A DNA stretch of 63,843 bases, counting the filler, from Lenisia limosa (taxonomy: Eukaryota; Protista; Breviatea), in the NCBI GenBank assembly GCA_001655205.1. It is 13 parts of 13 records of this genome, joined end to end, with 100 filler letters (N's around TTAATTAATTAA, not from the genome) between each part and the next. Parts side by side here need not be neighbours in the genome. Positions count along the whole stretch, not along the records: positions 15,243 to 22,821 come from LPNZ01010130.1; positions 22,922 to 25,552 come from LPNZ01010404.1; positions 25,653 to 34,014 come from LPNZ01002268.1; positions 34,115 to 36,193 come from LPNZ01007079.1; 9 more parts are not named here. One strand, written 5' to 3'. The notes beneath the pieces are model-generated. The model ran no database searches. It saw only the letters and a program-made list of their open reading frames with translations, and was not told the DNA's origin. The translations under genes were made by a program, and so were the position numbers. Shown here piece by piece: positions 22,101 through 34,431 of this stretch. Within the stretch, counting starts at the first letter, position 1. The number at the start of each line of letters is the position of its first letter.

Positions 22101-22728
22101 TTACCGATAGGGCTTTCTTAAAATATCGATATTTATCGAGGTTTTATCGAGAAATTCAGTCTTTTTTTGGGACCGTAGGGAAGTCCTAGTTGCGGATATT
22201 AGGATATTATCGACTCCCCCTGATGTTGTGTTTCTGTTTAATATAATTTGATATCTATTCAATGGGCTTTGTTTGTTTGTTTTCAACCCTCTTGTGTTGG
22301 TAGCCAACAGAGTTGATTTTGAGCCCCCTCTCCCCACTTTTTTTTTTGTTTCATTCCGTTATTACGAAGTATAATATATTGTGCACTCTCGCGTCAGCCA
22401 ACAGAGTTGATTTTGGGCTTTTTTTTTAATATAAATTTTCCAACTTTACGTACGCTGGAGTGATGGGATGCGGTGTTGCAGAAGNNNNNNNNNNNNNNNN
22501 NNNNNNNNNNNNNNNNNNNNNNNNNNNNNNNNNNNNNNNNNNNNNNNNNNNNNNNNNNNNNNNNNNNNNNNNNNNNNNNNNNNNNNNNNNNNNNNNNNNN
22601 NNNNNNNNNNNNNNNNNNNNNNNNCCCTCCAGATTGAGGCGATGCGTGAAATTGCTGAGACTCTCGCAAAGGGCCAGAACCGTCTCTTCCTCTCTGCTGA
22701 CTCTCTTCTTCTTGATGGCAGCAAGTGA
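19166..22728 (+). CDS. PHB2: Prohibitin 2, multi-exon
   Basis: SIYN|[15 protein letters not shown]...EWPIIFDVR|[13 protein letters not shown]|[12 protein letters not shown]...[15 protein letters not shown]...|AQYNAAQL...DDVAI|...EAKQV|[14 protein letters not shown]|...ALRK|[27 protein letters not shown]. First three introns are 36, 41 and 39 nt. Confidence 0.95.
20253..20313 (+). repeat. Family B 3' part supplying the acceptor of PHB2 exon 5
   Basis: CAACCAACAGAGTTTGGGCTTTTT...CCAATTTTACTCTCCCAG|GCTCAATAC. Confidence 0.75.
20692..20908 (+). repeat. Intronic minisatellite, ~30 bp GATGATGATTGTGCTGTATTATTATGAGAG-like unit
   Basis: Degenerate tandem units ending in GATGTCGCTATTGTAAG followed by a G-run. 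Confidence 0.8.
21192..21288. mobile_element. Family A hAT-type MITE
   Basis: TTGGGCTTCACTTCGATCC...ATCGAAGTGAAGCTCTA; flanks GCCCACCT / CCCCACCC (6 of 8). Confidence 0.85.
21305..21427 (+). repeat. Family B element with its 5' head
   Basis: CGCTGGCGTGATGAGATGCGGTGGTAGAAG joined to CGACTGACCTGGGCTTTG...CAACAGAGTTGATTTTGGGC and a C-rich tail. Confidence 0.75.
21691..21755 (+). repeat. (TTTCCTTTCT)n intronic microsatellite
   Basis: About six tandem 10-bp units visible. Confidence 0.9.
22108..22188. mobile_element. Family A hAT-type MITE, internally deleted
   Basis: TAGGGCTT...GAAGTCCTA; flanks GTTACCGA / GTTGCGGA (6 of 8). Confidence 0.75.
22262..22484 (+). repeat. Cluster of family B fragments and a family B head
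   Basis: Two GCCAACAGAGTTGATTTTG segments (near 22300 and 22395), then CGCTGGAGTGATGGGATGCGGTGTTGCAGAAG before the gap. Confidence 0.7.
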
Positions 22729-22921
22729 GGGTGGTGGTGCAATGGCGGTAAAATGGATAGGATAAAGATGTGAAGTATGGGATATGTGGTGGTGATAATA
22801 GAAGGGGGTTAAGTATTGTTTNNNNNNNNNNNNNNNNNNNNNNNNNNNNNNNNNNNNNNNNNNNNTTAATTAATTAANNNNNNNNNNNNNNNNNNNNNNN
22901 NNNNNNNNNNNNNNNNNNNNN

Positions 22922-24475
22922 AGTACCGCTCTCAGCCGCCCCCGTCGGCGAAGAAGACCCCTCCGGCACTGGCAAAACCGGAGTTTGTCCGTTCCACTCG
23001 TCAAGGTCCTTACGGTGTTCCTCAACGCCGGACAAGAGTTCCTTCAACATGGACTGGCCAACCGCGTTGACGACTTCACCAATTCCGGCGGCTGGTGACT
23101 GGGCACTCTCAAGATCGGAGCTGATTCGCGCCTCTGGAGACTTTACGTTTTCGCCACCTTCAGCGCGCGGAATGCCGACACAGCGGTATTGGTCAGTGGA
23201 GTAGTCCATACTGATTGCGGCCCGGGTTGGCTTCGGCGATTCGGTGAAGCTCAGATCGCCGGTGCTGAAATTGAGGCTGTCGTTGTTCTCTTCCGAAGTG
23301 TGTTTGGAGCGCTTTGGTCGTAGATCGGCGCCCGGAGTGAGTGACGAGAACGGCCGCGCAAGACGATCGTCGTTCTTTTCGCGCCTCAAAGACTCCGCTG
23401 GATGCTCGGAGAACGTTAGCGGACTAGCGCCATTGCCGACCCGAGGGCTCGGAATATCTTCATGGTCGGATATGGCGGAAATGTCAGAACCATCACTGAT
23501 ATAGTCGCCCATTGTTTTGAAGTCGAAGGTGACGATGTCGTTGGAGGGNNNNNNNNNNNNNNNNNNNNNNNNNNNNNNNNNNNNNNNNNNNNNNNNNNNN
23601 NNNNNNNNNNNNNNNNNNNNNNNNNNNNNNNNNNNNNNNNNNNNNNNNNNNACACAAGCAACATCAAAAAACAATTTTTAAAAAAGCGCAGAATGACTTT
23701 GAAATCATCAAATTGTATTCCAGAAATGGAGCAATAGGATATTAGCAGTGAGAAAAAAAAAAGGTTATATCTGGCCGAAGCCGTACACACCATCACGATT
23801 ACAAGAGATATTGGATTATTGTTTTATATTAATTCACCCAATCATTTGCCTTACAACTCTGTGCACACAGCTTTCTGCGTGCCTCCCCAGCATACAGCTT
23901 ATAGCAAACATTCAATCAGCACGATTTTAAAGAGATACGAGCAAATGAGAAAAGCAATTCAAGTCTTATGTAAAAGAACATGGGGGACTGATATAAAGAG
24001 CTATAATATTTCCGTTTTATGTTGTAAAGTATGTCTATGTACTGATTTGTGCTTATCTAGAAATGCAGCCTTGTGCTTGGACCGAAAGGAGTAAATAACC
24101 AACCCAATTCCTTCGGTTTGTGGACAACAGTGTCGAACTCCGATCCGCCGGAGAAATGTGTCGGTAATGACAGAGGTGACTCCATCGCCACCGGGGACGT
24201 GGATCTATGGGGTCAGCTCGGCGGCATTGGGGAGTAAAATTGGAAAATATATGAAACAAAAATAGCCCAAAATTAACTGTTGGCTGCAATACAAGAGGAT
24301 GAAGAACAACACAACGAACAAAGCCCAGGCCAATCACTCCTGCCTAAGCATTCGGGGTAGGAATTCGTGTAATTTATTCAAAATATTAAGCTGTTGTGAA
24401 ACACAGGAGGCATTCCCACCTTGAAGAGACATTTGAAGGGTGTGGCATGTTGATGTGGTTGGTAGGTGTAGGTCT
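22922..24475 (-). CDS. Hypothetical Ser/Pro/Glu-rich protein, partial
   Basis: A GC-rich stop-free ORF of about 200 codons (22922-23550) plus upstream in-frame exons TYTYQPHQHATPFKCLFK|LNILNKLHEFLPRMLRQ|ESTSPVAMESPL. Confidence 0.55.
23745..23893 (+). repeat. Family D unclassified dispersed repeat
   Basis: TATCTGGCCGAAGCCGTACACACCATCACG...GAGATATTGGATT...CACCCAATCATTTGCCTTACAACTCTGTGCACACAGCTTTCTGCGTGCCTCCCCAG. Confidence 0.85.
24229..24337 (-). repeat. Family B element making up most of a 133-nt intron and supplying its GT donor
   Basis: Exon ...AGGCAGGA|GTGATTGGCCTGGGCTTTG...CCAATTTTACTCCCC, followed by CTGACCCCATAG acceptor at 24205-24207. Confidence 0.75.
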
Positions 24476-25199
24476 GTGGAACACGTGTGAAAAATGGCAG
24501 TGAAAATAAAAATGCCTGAAAAATGGGGAGAGTACAAATTAAGCGCTCTTTTAATGAAGAATCCACGAAGGCAAAAATAACTCTCAAAATAACAACAATA
24601 ATAAAAAAAAAAAACTGAATCAACACACTCAATTATTTGATAGTGTCCTTCATATGGCAATATATGAGGGAGACAGATGCGATAGCGGTGCATGATATGG
24701 AGACAATTGGCAAAAAAAAGAAATAAAAAGGACTATTCACGCAAAAAAAGAGAAAATATTTCGGTAAGGAAACAAATAAGGGTATTATGACTTACTCAGT
24801 TGTGAAAATATCAATACCTGGGGGAAACAGAGGCAACAGTGGTGCCTGATGTGGGAGATGGCTGGGGAATTGGAAGGCTAAGCGGAGATTGCACACTCCT
24901 AAAAGGTCAATGTGCCCCGTGTAATTAAATATGTGATGGAACTAATTGACAAATCAAAAAAAAAAGTGTCGGAAATGGAGTTCAAAGTGTTCCGTGGATT
25001 CAATTTATTTGATAAAATTTAATCTAAAAAAAAAAGGAAAAAGGAGTTCTCACTTGAAAATACAATTTCTTCAAAGTGCAGTTAGTATTAGAATACATGG
25101 GGTTGCATGTAAATACTGGTAATCCTAACTTCATAAGAATCCCTAGTCAATGCACTGTAGTGGAGGTGGGAAGGGGGTATGATTTTTAGCAATAAATAA

Positions 25200-25278
25200 T
25201 AAATAAGGATGTATCTGGCCGAAGCTGTCCACACCATCATGTTTAGAAGAGATATTGGATTATAGTAAAATATTAATT
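25200..25278 (+). repeat. Family D repeat, partial
   Basis: GTATCTGGCCGAAGCTGTCCACACCATC...CACCCAATCATTTGCC. Confidence 0.8.
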
Positions 25279-25377
25279 CACCCAATCATTTGCCATAATG
25301 GTATCCCTATGTATTTATTTATTTCCCGGATTTTAAATGTATATTTCTCATTCAAAAAAAGCCTTCTAACTCTGCAC

Positions 25378-25476
25378 AGGTTTTGTTTCACTTTCGTTTA
25401 CAAAAAACAAAATATCGATATTTTCGAGGACTTATCGAGAATTAGTCCGTTTTTGGAACCGAAAGTGAAACTCCTA
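25378..25476. mobile_element. Family A MITE, degenerate
   Basis: TTTCACTTTCG...ATATCGATATTTTCGAGGACTTATCGAG...GGAACCGAAAGTGAAACTCCTA. Confidence 0.7.
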
Positions 25477-26949
25477 TGATATTGTACCGAAGATCCGGAC
25501 TTACGAAGGGGACGGGGCTGTAGTCGTGGTATTGGCAGAAAGTGAGGGGAGANNNNNNNNNNNNNNNNNNNNNNNNNNNNNNNNNNNNNNNNNNNNTTAA
25601 TTAATTAANNNNNNNNNNNNNNNNNNNNNNNNNNNNNNNNNNNNNNNNNNNNTAAGAGAAAAAAAAAAAGCAGAAGTACTCGAGAAAACCAGAATTAGCG
25701 AAAAAACAAGAATTTTGAAAGGCCACATATTAAAATAATGAGAAAATATGACTTATGTTTTGCAAAAAATGAATTACAAACCGCCCGTAATAGCAGGGAA
25801 ACCATTGATAGAGAGGTAGTCCTCGTATGCAATTCAAGCATTGACACATGATTGGTCGACCCCAAAGAAGACCATTACCATATACCTGCGGTTCGTTGAA
25901 CGGTGACCTGTTTGTCTGAAATGTTAGAATCATTACACAGGTAAAAAAATCAATATTTATGACAATTGTTACATTAGTTTTTATTCAATGTATTTATCTT
26001 GTTCTAAAATTATTGATTTTACAAAACTATAATTAATTATATTTAAATTTCAATTGGAGAATTAAATTTGCGGTTCCAAAAACAAATTGTATTTCAAATA
26101 TAATATTATAAGCAACTATGCATCGGTAACAACCATTACTTAGGACTAGCGCTTTCTTTTTGCGATTGTTTTGTTTAAGCCCACTAATTTACAACAACTT
26201 AGTGTGCCCTCCTCACCAAGAGACCCGGTTTCTCGCACCTCAGTACCATTGAAGGCTGTGCCACTCAGCTCATGTCCGCTATCACCTCCTGCTTCGCCAG
26301 TTTCTCAAATACACTCTTTCAGTGGACCACAGGATTCAGATTTTGTAAGGCTGTTATTTTTAATTGTCAGATGATGCCGGCGTTACACCGAAATAGCTCC
26401 GGTGTATCCACGAGTCATGTTTGTATTTTTCATATTTTTACATTTAGGTTGACTCAATTGATCTTGATATACCTGATAGTCCTTCTGAATATGGCTCGGA
26501 AGATGCATCTGTTAATATGAGGTTTATTTTTTTATTGGAATCCAATCCAGTTCATTATGTTCTTTTACAAATATAGCAGTATCAGTGGAAGCCCTGCAGT
26601 TATGTTAGCCGGAAGTATTTACCTTCATTTAAAACCAAAAAATGATGTACGTTGTAAATTTTTTAATTGCTCTAGTTTCAAGAACTTCAAGATAACTTTG
26701 CAGACATTTTCACACTGCCACACCATAGAGCACTATGTTGGAGAAATCACTCTCTCTAACCTAAACAGTAATTCAATTTGAAAAATCTATGTTAAATAAT
26801 GGTTTCCTCACCAAATTCTCCAACAAACTATGTTTTCAAGATAGAGAAGTGAGCTTTCTAACGATGGTGACTGATCAGGCCGAATCCATTTTTTTTTTTG
26901 AATTTGGTCAGGCAGGATCGAGTTTCTTTAGACTTTTTTTTCTCCTTTG

Positions 26950-29900
26950 GTAGGAACAAATTGTACTTCATTGTCAAGGGGTTTTGTTTTCTCTTTTCTT
27001 CTTATCCAGGACGTGTTAGTTGTTTATAATGTTTGTGAAGACAATGAGGTGGGTTCACCAGAATATTTTTTTACAACAAAGGAGAGAAGTCGAAATCAAA
27101 CGCATTTAATGATTGACATGATCGTGAGTTTTGCTGAAATAAGCGTTGCAGTTATTTGCTTCATTATTGCATCTGTAACAACTCTCTCTGGATATAATCC
27201 TGACACACTACCTTCAGTTTTTTGCATGATGTCCTTGTTTTTTCAGGTTCGGATGAAGGGCTCTAAATTCTGTAGCTTTTGAATCTATTTGCCAACTCTT
27301 CAACTTCTTTTCAAAACAGGTTACTATTCTTGAATTGTAATTTCAGGTTTTTGATTTACTGGACGATTTTTGCACCGATGACAGTCATGTTAGCTGCAGG
27401 AAGAGTGAGTAAACAGTATCATAAATAATAATATTAAGGTGGTCGGTTGATGGGGTTTTGGTGAGTAGTTAAACCGTAATTGTGATTATTTCAGCTACAA
27501 TGGCCGACAGGAAGAGCTGTCATATAATCAGGTCAGAGATAAAACAATTAAGATGGTTCAGTCCTTTTTTTTATTTTGCAAAACAAATTGAAAAATTGTG
27601 TTACTCAAATGACCCGAGATAACTGGGAAGGCGAAGGGTAGTTTTTCAGATAAACAGTCAAGACATGAAATTCTAAAAATGAGTGAAACTGGCCTGGAAT
27701 GTGAGTAACCGAGGCTATATGAAGTCAATATTGTCATATAGGCAATAGAGGTTATGCGAAAAAAAAAAAATTTATCCCGTAAACTTTGTACAAGTTTTTT
27801 TAAAAAGTTTTCTGGCTGAAGATTTCCTCGCCAACTCTGGACCTCTGGATACAAGATGAGAATAAATTTTCCGCGAATAAAGACTTGTAAGAAGAGGAGA
27901 GCAGTTATTTTGACAGAGGAAGAACACTTGTTGAGTTGGAGATGCGGATGTCGTTGTCACTTCTCTTTTTACTGCTTCTAAATCCCTTTATTGTAATATT
28001 TTAATGTCAATAACGTAGCTCTCCCAAGGACAAATAGGCTTTTTATACTAAATACAACTTACATATTTGACATCCAGTAACTATATTGATTATTGGAAGG
28101 AAATGGAGAAGNNNNNNNNNNNNNNNNNNNNNNNNNNNNNNNNNNNNNNNNNNNNNNNNNNNNNNNNNNNNNNNNNNNNNNNNNNNNNNNNNNNNNNNNN
28201 NNNNNNNNNNNNNNNNNNNNNNNNNNNNNNNNNNNNNNNNNNNNNNNNNNNNNNNNNNNNNNNNNNNNNNNNNNNNNNNNNNNNNNNNNNNNNNNNNNNN
28301 NNNNNNNNNNNNNNNNNNNTTAGTTGTTTTATATGGAAAACTGCGGAATTATCCCACATACCTTCACCACCATTGCACTGTTGCCACCATACCTTCATAA
28401 ATTTATTTTTTATATTATATTATCACCATAATTGAACAAAATAAAAAGCTGGTTGCCATCATCAATCTCACAAACCCGACGAACAAACCGCTGATTCTAT
28501 CCACTTTCAAAACTCAAGAGATTGTGAGTCGGTCTACATTTTATTGATAAATTTGTTAGTTGCATTATCTTCTGTCAGTGAGAAAGAGAAAAAAAAAAAA
28601 ATTATGTTCCGCCTTACAGCTCATGAGTGCACTGAGTCTATTTGTTAGACCTTGCCTCTCTTGCTCCCATTTTCTAGTGACATAAGTTAAATGAACACAT
28701 TGCATTTTTCTAAACTTTAAAATTACCCACCAAAAATGACCTGATTAACCGACCGAAAATGGGTTGGACCAGCGAAGTACTGACCACCTAATAATTTCAC
28801 TTTCAGATCACAACAGCAGCATCCAAGCTAATAGTAATTTCAAGAGTGGTTTCTTTTTTTGGTAAGTAATTTTTATGTCTTGACTTTCAGTGTTCCTCTT
28901 TGTGACACAATATTTCATGGAAGTTCTATTAATGTTAATAGCACATTTTGTGGCTGGTCTTGGGGGTTGTTTGTTTGTTTCATGTTGCTTTGGTTCTCAG
29001 TAGAAAAAGGGAAGAGGATCAAAGGTTGCAATTTCTCCGCGTGAGGGCTGTCCAATCAGCCGAGGAAACCACTTTCTCACTACTTTCTTTGTTCATTCAC
29101 CCCTATATTATTCCAAGATTTCTTGATGGATACCTTGTTGCAGACTTCCATGACTGTATTACGTAAGACAAAGCGTTGTTTCACAAGTAGGGTGATGCAG
29201 ATTAATATTGTAAACTTTTCTCGAACAGCCGCTCAGCTAACTGCAAGCAAAGTATTTTGATAGTTTTGATATTGACATTCCTACTTTTGGACAGTGTGTT
29301 TCTCCATTGTGAAGAATTGGCCTCACAGTACAACCTTTATCGACTTTATTCATTTGCTGATCAATTGACTGTTTGGATAAGACCATTCTCATCTTCAGAT
29401 CGTAGGAGGAATTCCAAATACTACAAGCAATCATGAACTAAAAAGCACAGCTTGTGGCTGCGCAATAAGTGATGCGTGCAGTATCATCAATATGGTGGAC
29501 GTTCTGTTTAATTACAGTTCAGGCAAATCTTGAAGAAGACCTTCCAATTATTCAGTATCGCATAGGTATCGCGTCTGGAAGCGTGCTCTTGGGGTTTGTT
29601 AATCAGTGATTTCTCTGACAGCTACAGAGTACTGACTGAAAGATGCCCTCGGTTATTGATGTGGGGAGATCCAGTTCAGCGCGCCCAGTTCCTTGAGAGA
29701 AAAGCGTCCCCATTGCAGGTTTGTATGGTCACTTTTGACCCCGACAGGTTCATATTGATTCTTCAACTGTTTTTAATGGTGGGCTTCAAAAAGCTTTTGA
29801 CCTCAAATTGAGTGCTACGGTTTGCTTCTTGTTTGTCCCGTTTAAGGTGGTTCAGTCCTTTTTTTTTATTTTAATAATAAAAGTGTGGTAAGCAATTAAA

Positions 29901-30680
29901 ATGAGCCTTCGGAATAATTCCGCAAGGTAATTTTTCGTATAAAACAGCCCTGATGGAAATTCTAAAAATGGGTGAAAATTTCCTGTATTTTGTGCCTAAC
30001 CGAGGTGATGTGAGGCCAATACTGCATTATATCGACAATGAGTAGGTGTTGGTTTTGCATAGTCACTTAAATTATTCAAATTCTATAAGCCCAAAAAAAA
30101 CGTCTAAAATTGGAAGTTCGGAAGTCGGGAAAATGGGCATTTTTATGTTTTTCTTCCCGGAGCTGTTTCATACGGAAAATTACCGTGCGGAATTATCCCG
30201 AAGGGTCTTTTTAATTACTTACCACATTTTTATAACTATTTTCCAAAATAAAAAAAGGACTGAACCACCTTAACTTTTACAGGACCATGCATTCCTCATT
30301 GATGTTTCATCTATGATGACTGGTCTTAATAATAACTCTGATATCAATGTAAGTTTTTGCTGCTATTGTTTTTCTAATCATTCCCTTTTATTTTTAGCCT
30401 GCCAATGTTCTTTCTGCTGAAACACTTTCCCGAATTAAGGCCTCTCGAACTCGACCAGGATATATTTCTGACCCCACAACCCGATCTCTGATTCAGAGTA
30501 GACGAATGAATGCATTACAAGCAGCACGCAAAACGGGTCTTCAGGTTTGTTTCCCCCTGTTTTCTGTTGACTGTCAAGGCTGCTCAATTTCATTGCAAAA
30601 CAACAGCTGCAATGCTGAGTCTTGGCCAAATGCAAGAAGAATCTGAAGAAGAAAACGAAGACGACTTACATTTAGGATGA
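26950..30680 (+). CDS. Membrane protein with degenerate class III nucleotide cyclase domain; 5' end uncertain
   Basis: Hydrophobic segment at 27090-27240; pre-catalytic helix TFSLLSLFIHPYIIPRF; TVMQINIVNFSR, VFLHCEELASQYNLYRLYSFADQLTV, YRIGIASGSVLLG, PRLLMWGDPVQRAQFLERKASPLQ|VHIDSST align in order with the cyclase fold motifs; TGA at 30678. Confidence 0.68.
27552..28465. mobile_element. Kolobok-like non-autonomous element, right end degenerate
   Basis: TTAA|GATGGTTCAGTCCTTTT left end, homologous for about 190 bp to the 29846 element; GCGGAATTATCCC right-subterminal motif near 28343; internal part homologous to 49890-50340. Confidence 0.6.
29846..30269. mobile_element. Kolobok-like MITE (424 bp) with TTAA TSD
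   Basis: TTAA|GGTGGTTCAGTCC...GGACTGAACCACC|TTAA, with imperfect inverted repeats extending about 100 bp. TTAA TSD with purine-purine termini is the Kolobok pattern (piggyBac starts with CC). Confidence 0.8.
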
Positions 30681-30843
30681 AAGCAGCTATTAGTGAGGAG
30701 GTACTCCTAGCTTGTAGATTCTTGAATACATTCTGATACATCATTTTTCTTTGAACTTCTCACATGTTTTTCAATTACTCTTCTTTCAGGTTTCTACAAT
30801 ATCCCATACACACTTGGATAACAATACATGAACCATATTACAA

Positions 30844-33724
30844 TTAAGAGAGAAGCTGCATATTTTTGAAGTAACTTGGAAATCATAAATGGGAATGCCT
30901 ACTTCGGAGCCATTTGAAGCAGCCATGTTGAATCAATACATGAAACATCCCTCATGAATTTGTTGGTCGTTTGAACCTAATACTCATGAATACTACATAT
31001 AGTAATCTCTCACCAGTTCGCCATAGAGTACGCAAGCCGGTTTCTTATTACACATTGTAGACAAAGGATGGATTCTCACTTCTTCCCTTTTGGTTCTAAA
31101 ATAAGTCAGAAAAATCAATTTGCCCACTTTGACACCACCAAGTATCTTCCGTCTGGCTGAAGAAGAGCAACTTGGGTGAAGAATCCAGACACAAATGATC
31201 TTAGTATCCCATCTTTGGTTACAAAGGGGAAAAACCTTCAGAAGAGTTTGAAATAGGGTTGATATTCATGCTCCTGCAATATTCCAAAAGCTGACCACGG
31301 ATACTAATAAAGAAGGGGGTGAAACTCAAAGCGACTAACCTCAATGCTTTTCTCAAACACCTTTGGTTGATGAAGTTACTTTGACACCACAGTTTTTGGT
31401 CTCTTGAAGGTTGCTTTATAAACTCATTGAAAACCATGAGATAAGTTAAGTGGTCTCCTTGGGGAGAAGATAATCTTTGATGAGATTTATCCGCATCTTG
31501 GCTCCGTTCCTTTGGCCTATAGAAGATGGCATCATTGGCTGACATGATAGAGATAATTGTCACAACATCATCAACAACGCCTTCCGCATCCGCAGTCAAA
31601 AGTGTCTGTATGTAAGTTGAATGCCACTTGGAGAACCTTAGCAAAAGTAGGTTCTAAAGGTAGTTCTGCAAGTCTTTTTCCCAATGGGGAAAGTGAATGG
31701 TCACGATTGAAAGCACCAAGAGCATTTAACTCAGCTAATGCTTGGAGCACTAGATATCAGTAAGAATAAAGACACAAGAGACCAACAGAAGGCATCTGAG
31801 GGCTTAGTTATGAAGTTGAAAGAAAGAATATCAACACCAATTGCAGAAAGTTGGAGAACAACTGCAGACAAATTTGTTCTGCAAATTAAGAGACACAAAA
31901 GCAGACCTGAGAATCTCTGGTGTGGAAGCCTCTGCAAACTTCTGGAATTCATTTTCAGGGTAGAGACGGAAGCACATTCCAGCCTGTTCACGGCCTTCCA
32001 AATAAGTCAACAACGATGGCTAACCAGCACGTCCGGTTCGCTGACGCGCCATTGCCTGGGAAATGGGCTGGACCACCAAGGCACTGATTACTGTTTTGGG
32101 ACTGAAAAAACGAACCTAGACTGTCAGCAGCAGCTCCTACCCAAACCTTGACATTTCCGGGGTCAACAACGTACTTGATTCCACTGATAGTCACCGAGGT
32201 TTCTGCTACATTGGTTGCTACAATTACCTACAGCTATGATGAAACCCATTTTACAAAATAACCTTTCGTTTTTCTTCTGGAGTTGGTTCAAAAACTTTCC
32301 ACTGCTCTTCTTGGGGTAGAGCAGCGTACATTGGACAAACTACCACGATAAATTTATTAATGTTGTGAGTTACTAATCATATCTTTAGGGAGGGGCAAGT
32401 TGTTCTCCACTGCAACTCTTTTTGCAAATTGAATTCGCTCATTTAGAAGACGACACTGAATTCATTAAAATCGAAGAACGAAGTTTACTGTTCCTTCAAT
32501 TTCCTCTTGACCAGTTTGGAAAACAAGAATATCACCTCCAGGTTTACTGGTATGGATCTGAAGAATAAGAAAATTAAGTTGGAATTATTTATGAAGATAC
32601 TTACTTGCATGACGGAAGATATAACAGCTTGAAGGGTATCATCTTGTGGTTCCCTTGTATACAGGATCTCAACAGGAAATTGACGCCCTTCAACAAACAG
32701 AATTGGAGCACTACAGGTAAAAAATATTGAACAGCCTACCTTGGGAAAAAGTTCGCAAAAGCTGCAGTCTCAAGTGTTGCACTCATGACTAATGGTTAAT
32801 GAACTCCGAAGTCATACCAATAAGCTTGAGATCACTTCTTTTGACCAGAATGCCTTTTATGACACCGAGAAGAATATCAGTATTAACAGACCGCTCGTGC
32901 GCTTCATCAAGAATAACGTACTACGGAATAATATGCACTATGACACAAACCTTATAACTCTGTAAAAGAGGATCGACCATCGCTTCTCTTAAAAGCATAC
33001 CTTGATATTTATAATTTGAAAATAACAACTACCGTCAGTCATGTATTTAACAACTGTATGTTTACTGGTTTCATCTTCAAATCTGATGGTATAGCCAACC
33101 TGAGAAATAAGGAGTGCTCTACAAACACTGTCTCAAGTTGAATGTAAATCAACGGCAAGAAATCAACATACCCTAGCACCAAGTGTTGTCCCTGCTTCTT
33201 GGGCCACGCGCTTAGCAACCGTCATTGCCGCCACTCTTCGAGGCTGCGTAACTGCAACCATTCCTCCGTCTAAGCAAAGAAGGGTCACCTTAGTGAAACA
33301 CAAACCCGTTCGTCTATTTTTGGCATCATTTTGAGAGCAAACGAGATTGTCTTCAAGTAAAAATTGGGGGATTTCTTTGAAGTAACATAGTCAAGGAGAA
33401 AGCCTACGTGTTGTTTTACCTGACCCTGTTTCTCCGATTAATATTGTGACGCTGTTTTGAGAAATTGTTTTGAGTATCGAAGATTTTGCTTTAGCCCATC
33501 AGAAAAATGTCTCTGATCATACCTTCATAGACAGGCAGCTTTTGACGATCAGGAATAAGTCTGATCATGAGATATAATATCTTCTTCTTACCTTTGTTTC
33601 AATTCATACCGCTCCTTTTGTTTCCACCTATATACATGTGAATGAAATAACAATTAACAATTACCAACATCTCTTTATTTTCATCAAAGGGAGAAGAACG
33701 TTTATGCTTACGGGATTGCCGCAT
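30844..33724 (-). CDS. DEAH-box RNA helicase (short form, DHX33/Dhr2-like or related)
   Basis: [18 protein letters not shown]|[91 protein letters not shown]-strand QRAGR region, [22 protein letters not shown]...VLYGEL. Subfamily not fixed. Confidence 0.93.
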
Positions 33725-34199
33725 CTTGCTTTGTTTTGGGATAGGATAAAGATTGAGGCTGGATTCTGGCTGGATCAGGGCCATGACCCTGGTGCCGGGC
33801 GGGTGTCGAAAATGATCCGGGCACAAATAGACATGGGGGGTCTATACAACATTTTTGGAATGTAATAAAGAAGCTTAGAACATTGGGAAGCCCCTTTCTG
33901 AGAACATCACTTGAACCTCTCGGTGGATCATAAGCCCTTCTTTCGCAGTTCCTTGTCGATAGACTACAGATGTGTTCACAGGTTAGTTTTTGAGGCTTCT
34001 TTCACTTCTTCCATNNNNNNNNNNNNNNNNNNNNNNNNNNNNNNNNNNNNNNNNNNNNTTAATTAATTAANNNNNNNNNNNNNNNNNNNNNNNNNNNNNN
34101 NNNNNNNNNNNNNNACCCCTCTCCTTCACTTGCCATAACCCTCCCCCTTTTTCAGATCGCTAAGTAGCAATTATATACAAAATTTGTTTTGCTTTACTC

Positions 34200-34420
34200 C
34201 TCCATCACCATCATCATCAGCGTCATCATCAACAACTATCATCATAATCAGCAACATCATCATTTATCATCATCATCATCATCATTTATCATCATCATCA
34301 CCACATAATCATCATCAACAACATCATTACCAGCACCAATCAACATCATCATCACCACCACCCACCATCATTTTCATCATCATTTTTCAACATCATCAAC
34401 ATCATCATCATCCAAATACC
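34200..34420 (+). repeat. Degenerate (CAT/CAC/CAA)n intronic microsatellite ending in a C-run plus AG acceptor
   Basis: Low-complexity tract directly before CCCCCCCCCCCAG|CCTGAAAAAG. Confidence 0.85.
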
Positions 34421-34431
34421 CCCCCCCCCAG

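Noticed and set aside
27434-28792. TTAAGGTGGTC ... GACCACCTAA as ends of an outer element
   Set aside because: The match is short and imperfect, and the span would enclose a host exon (27495-27531).
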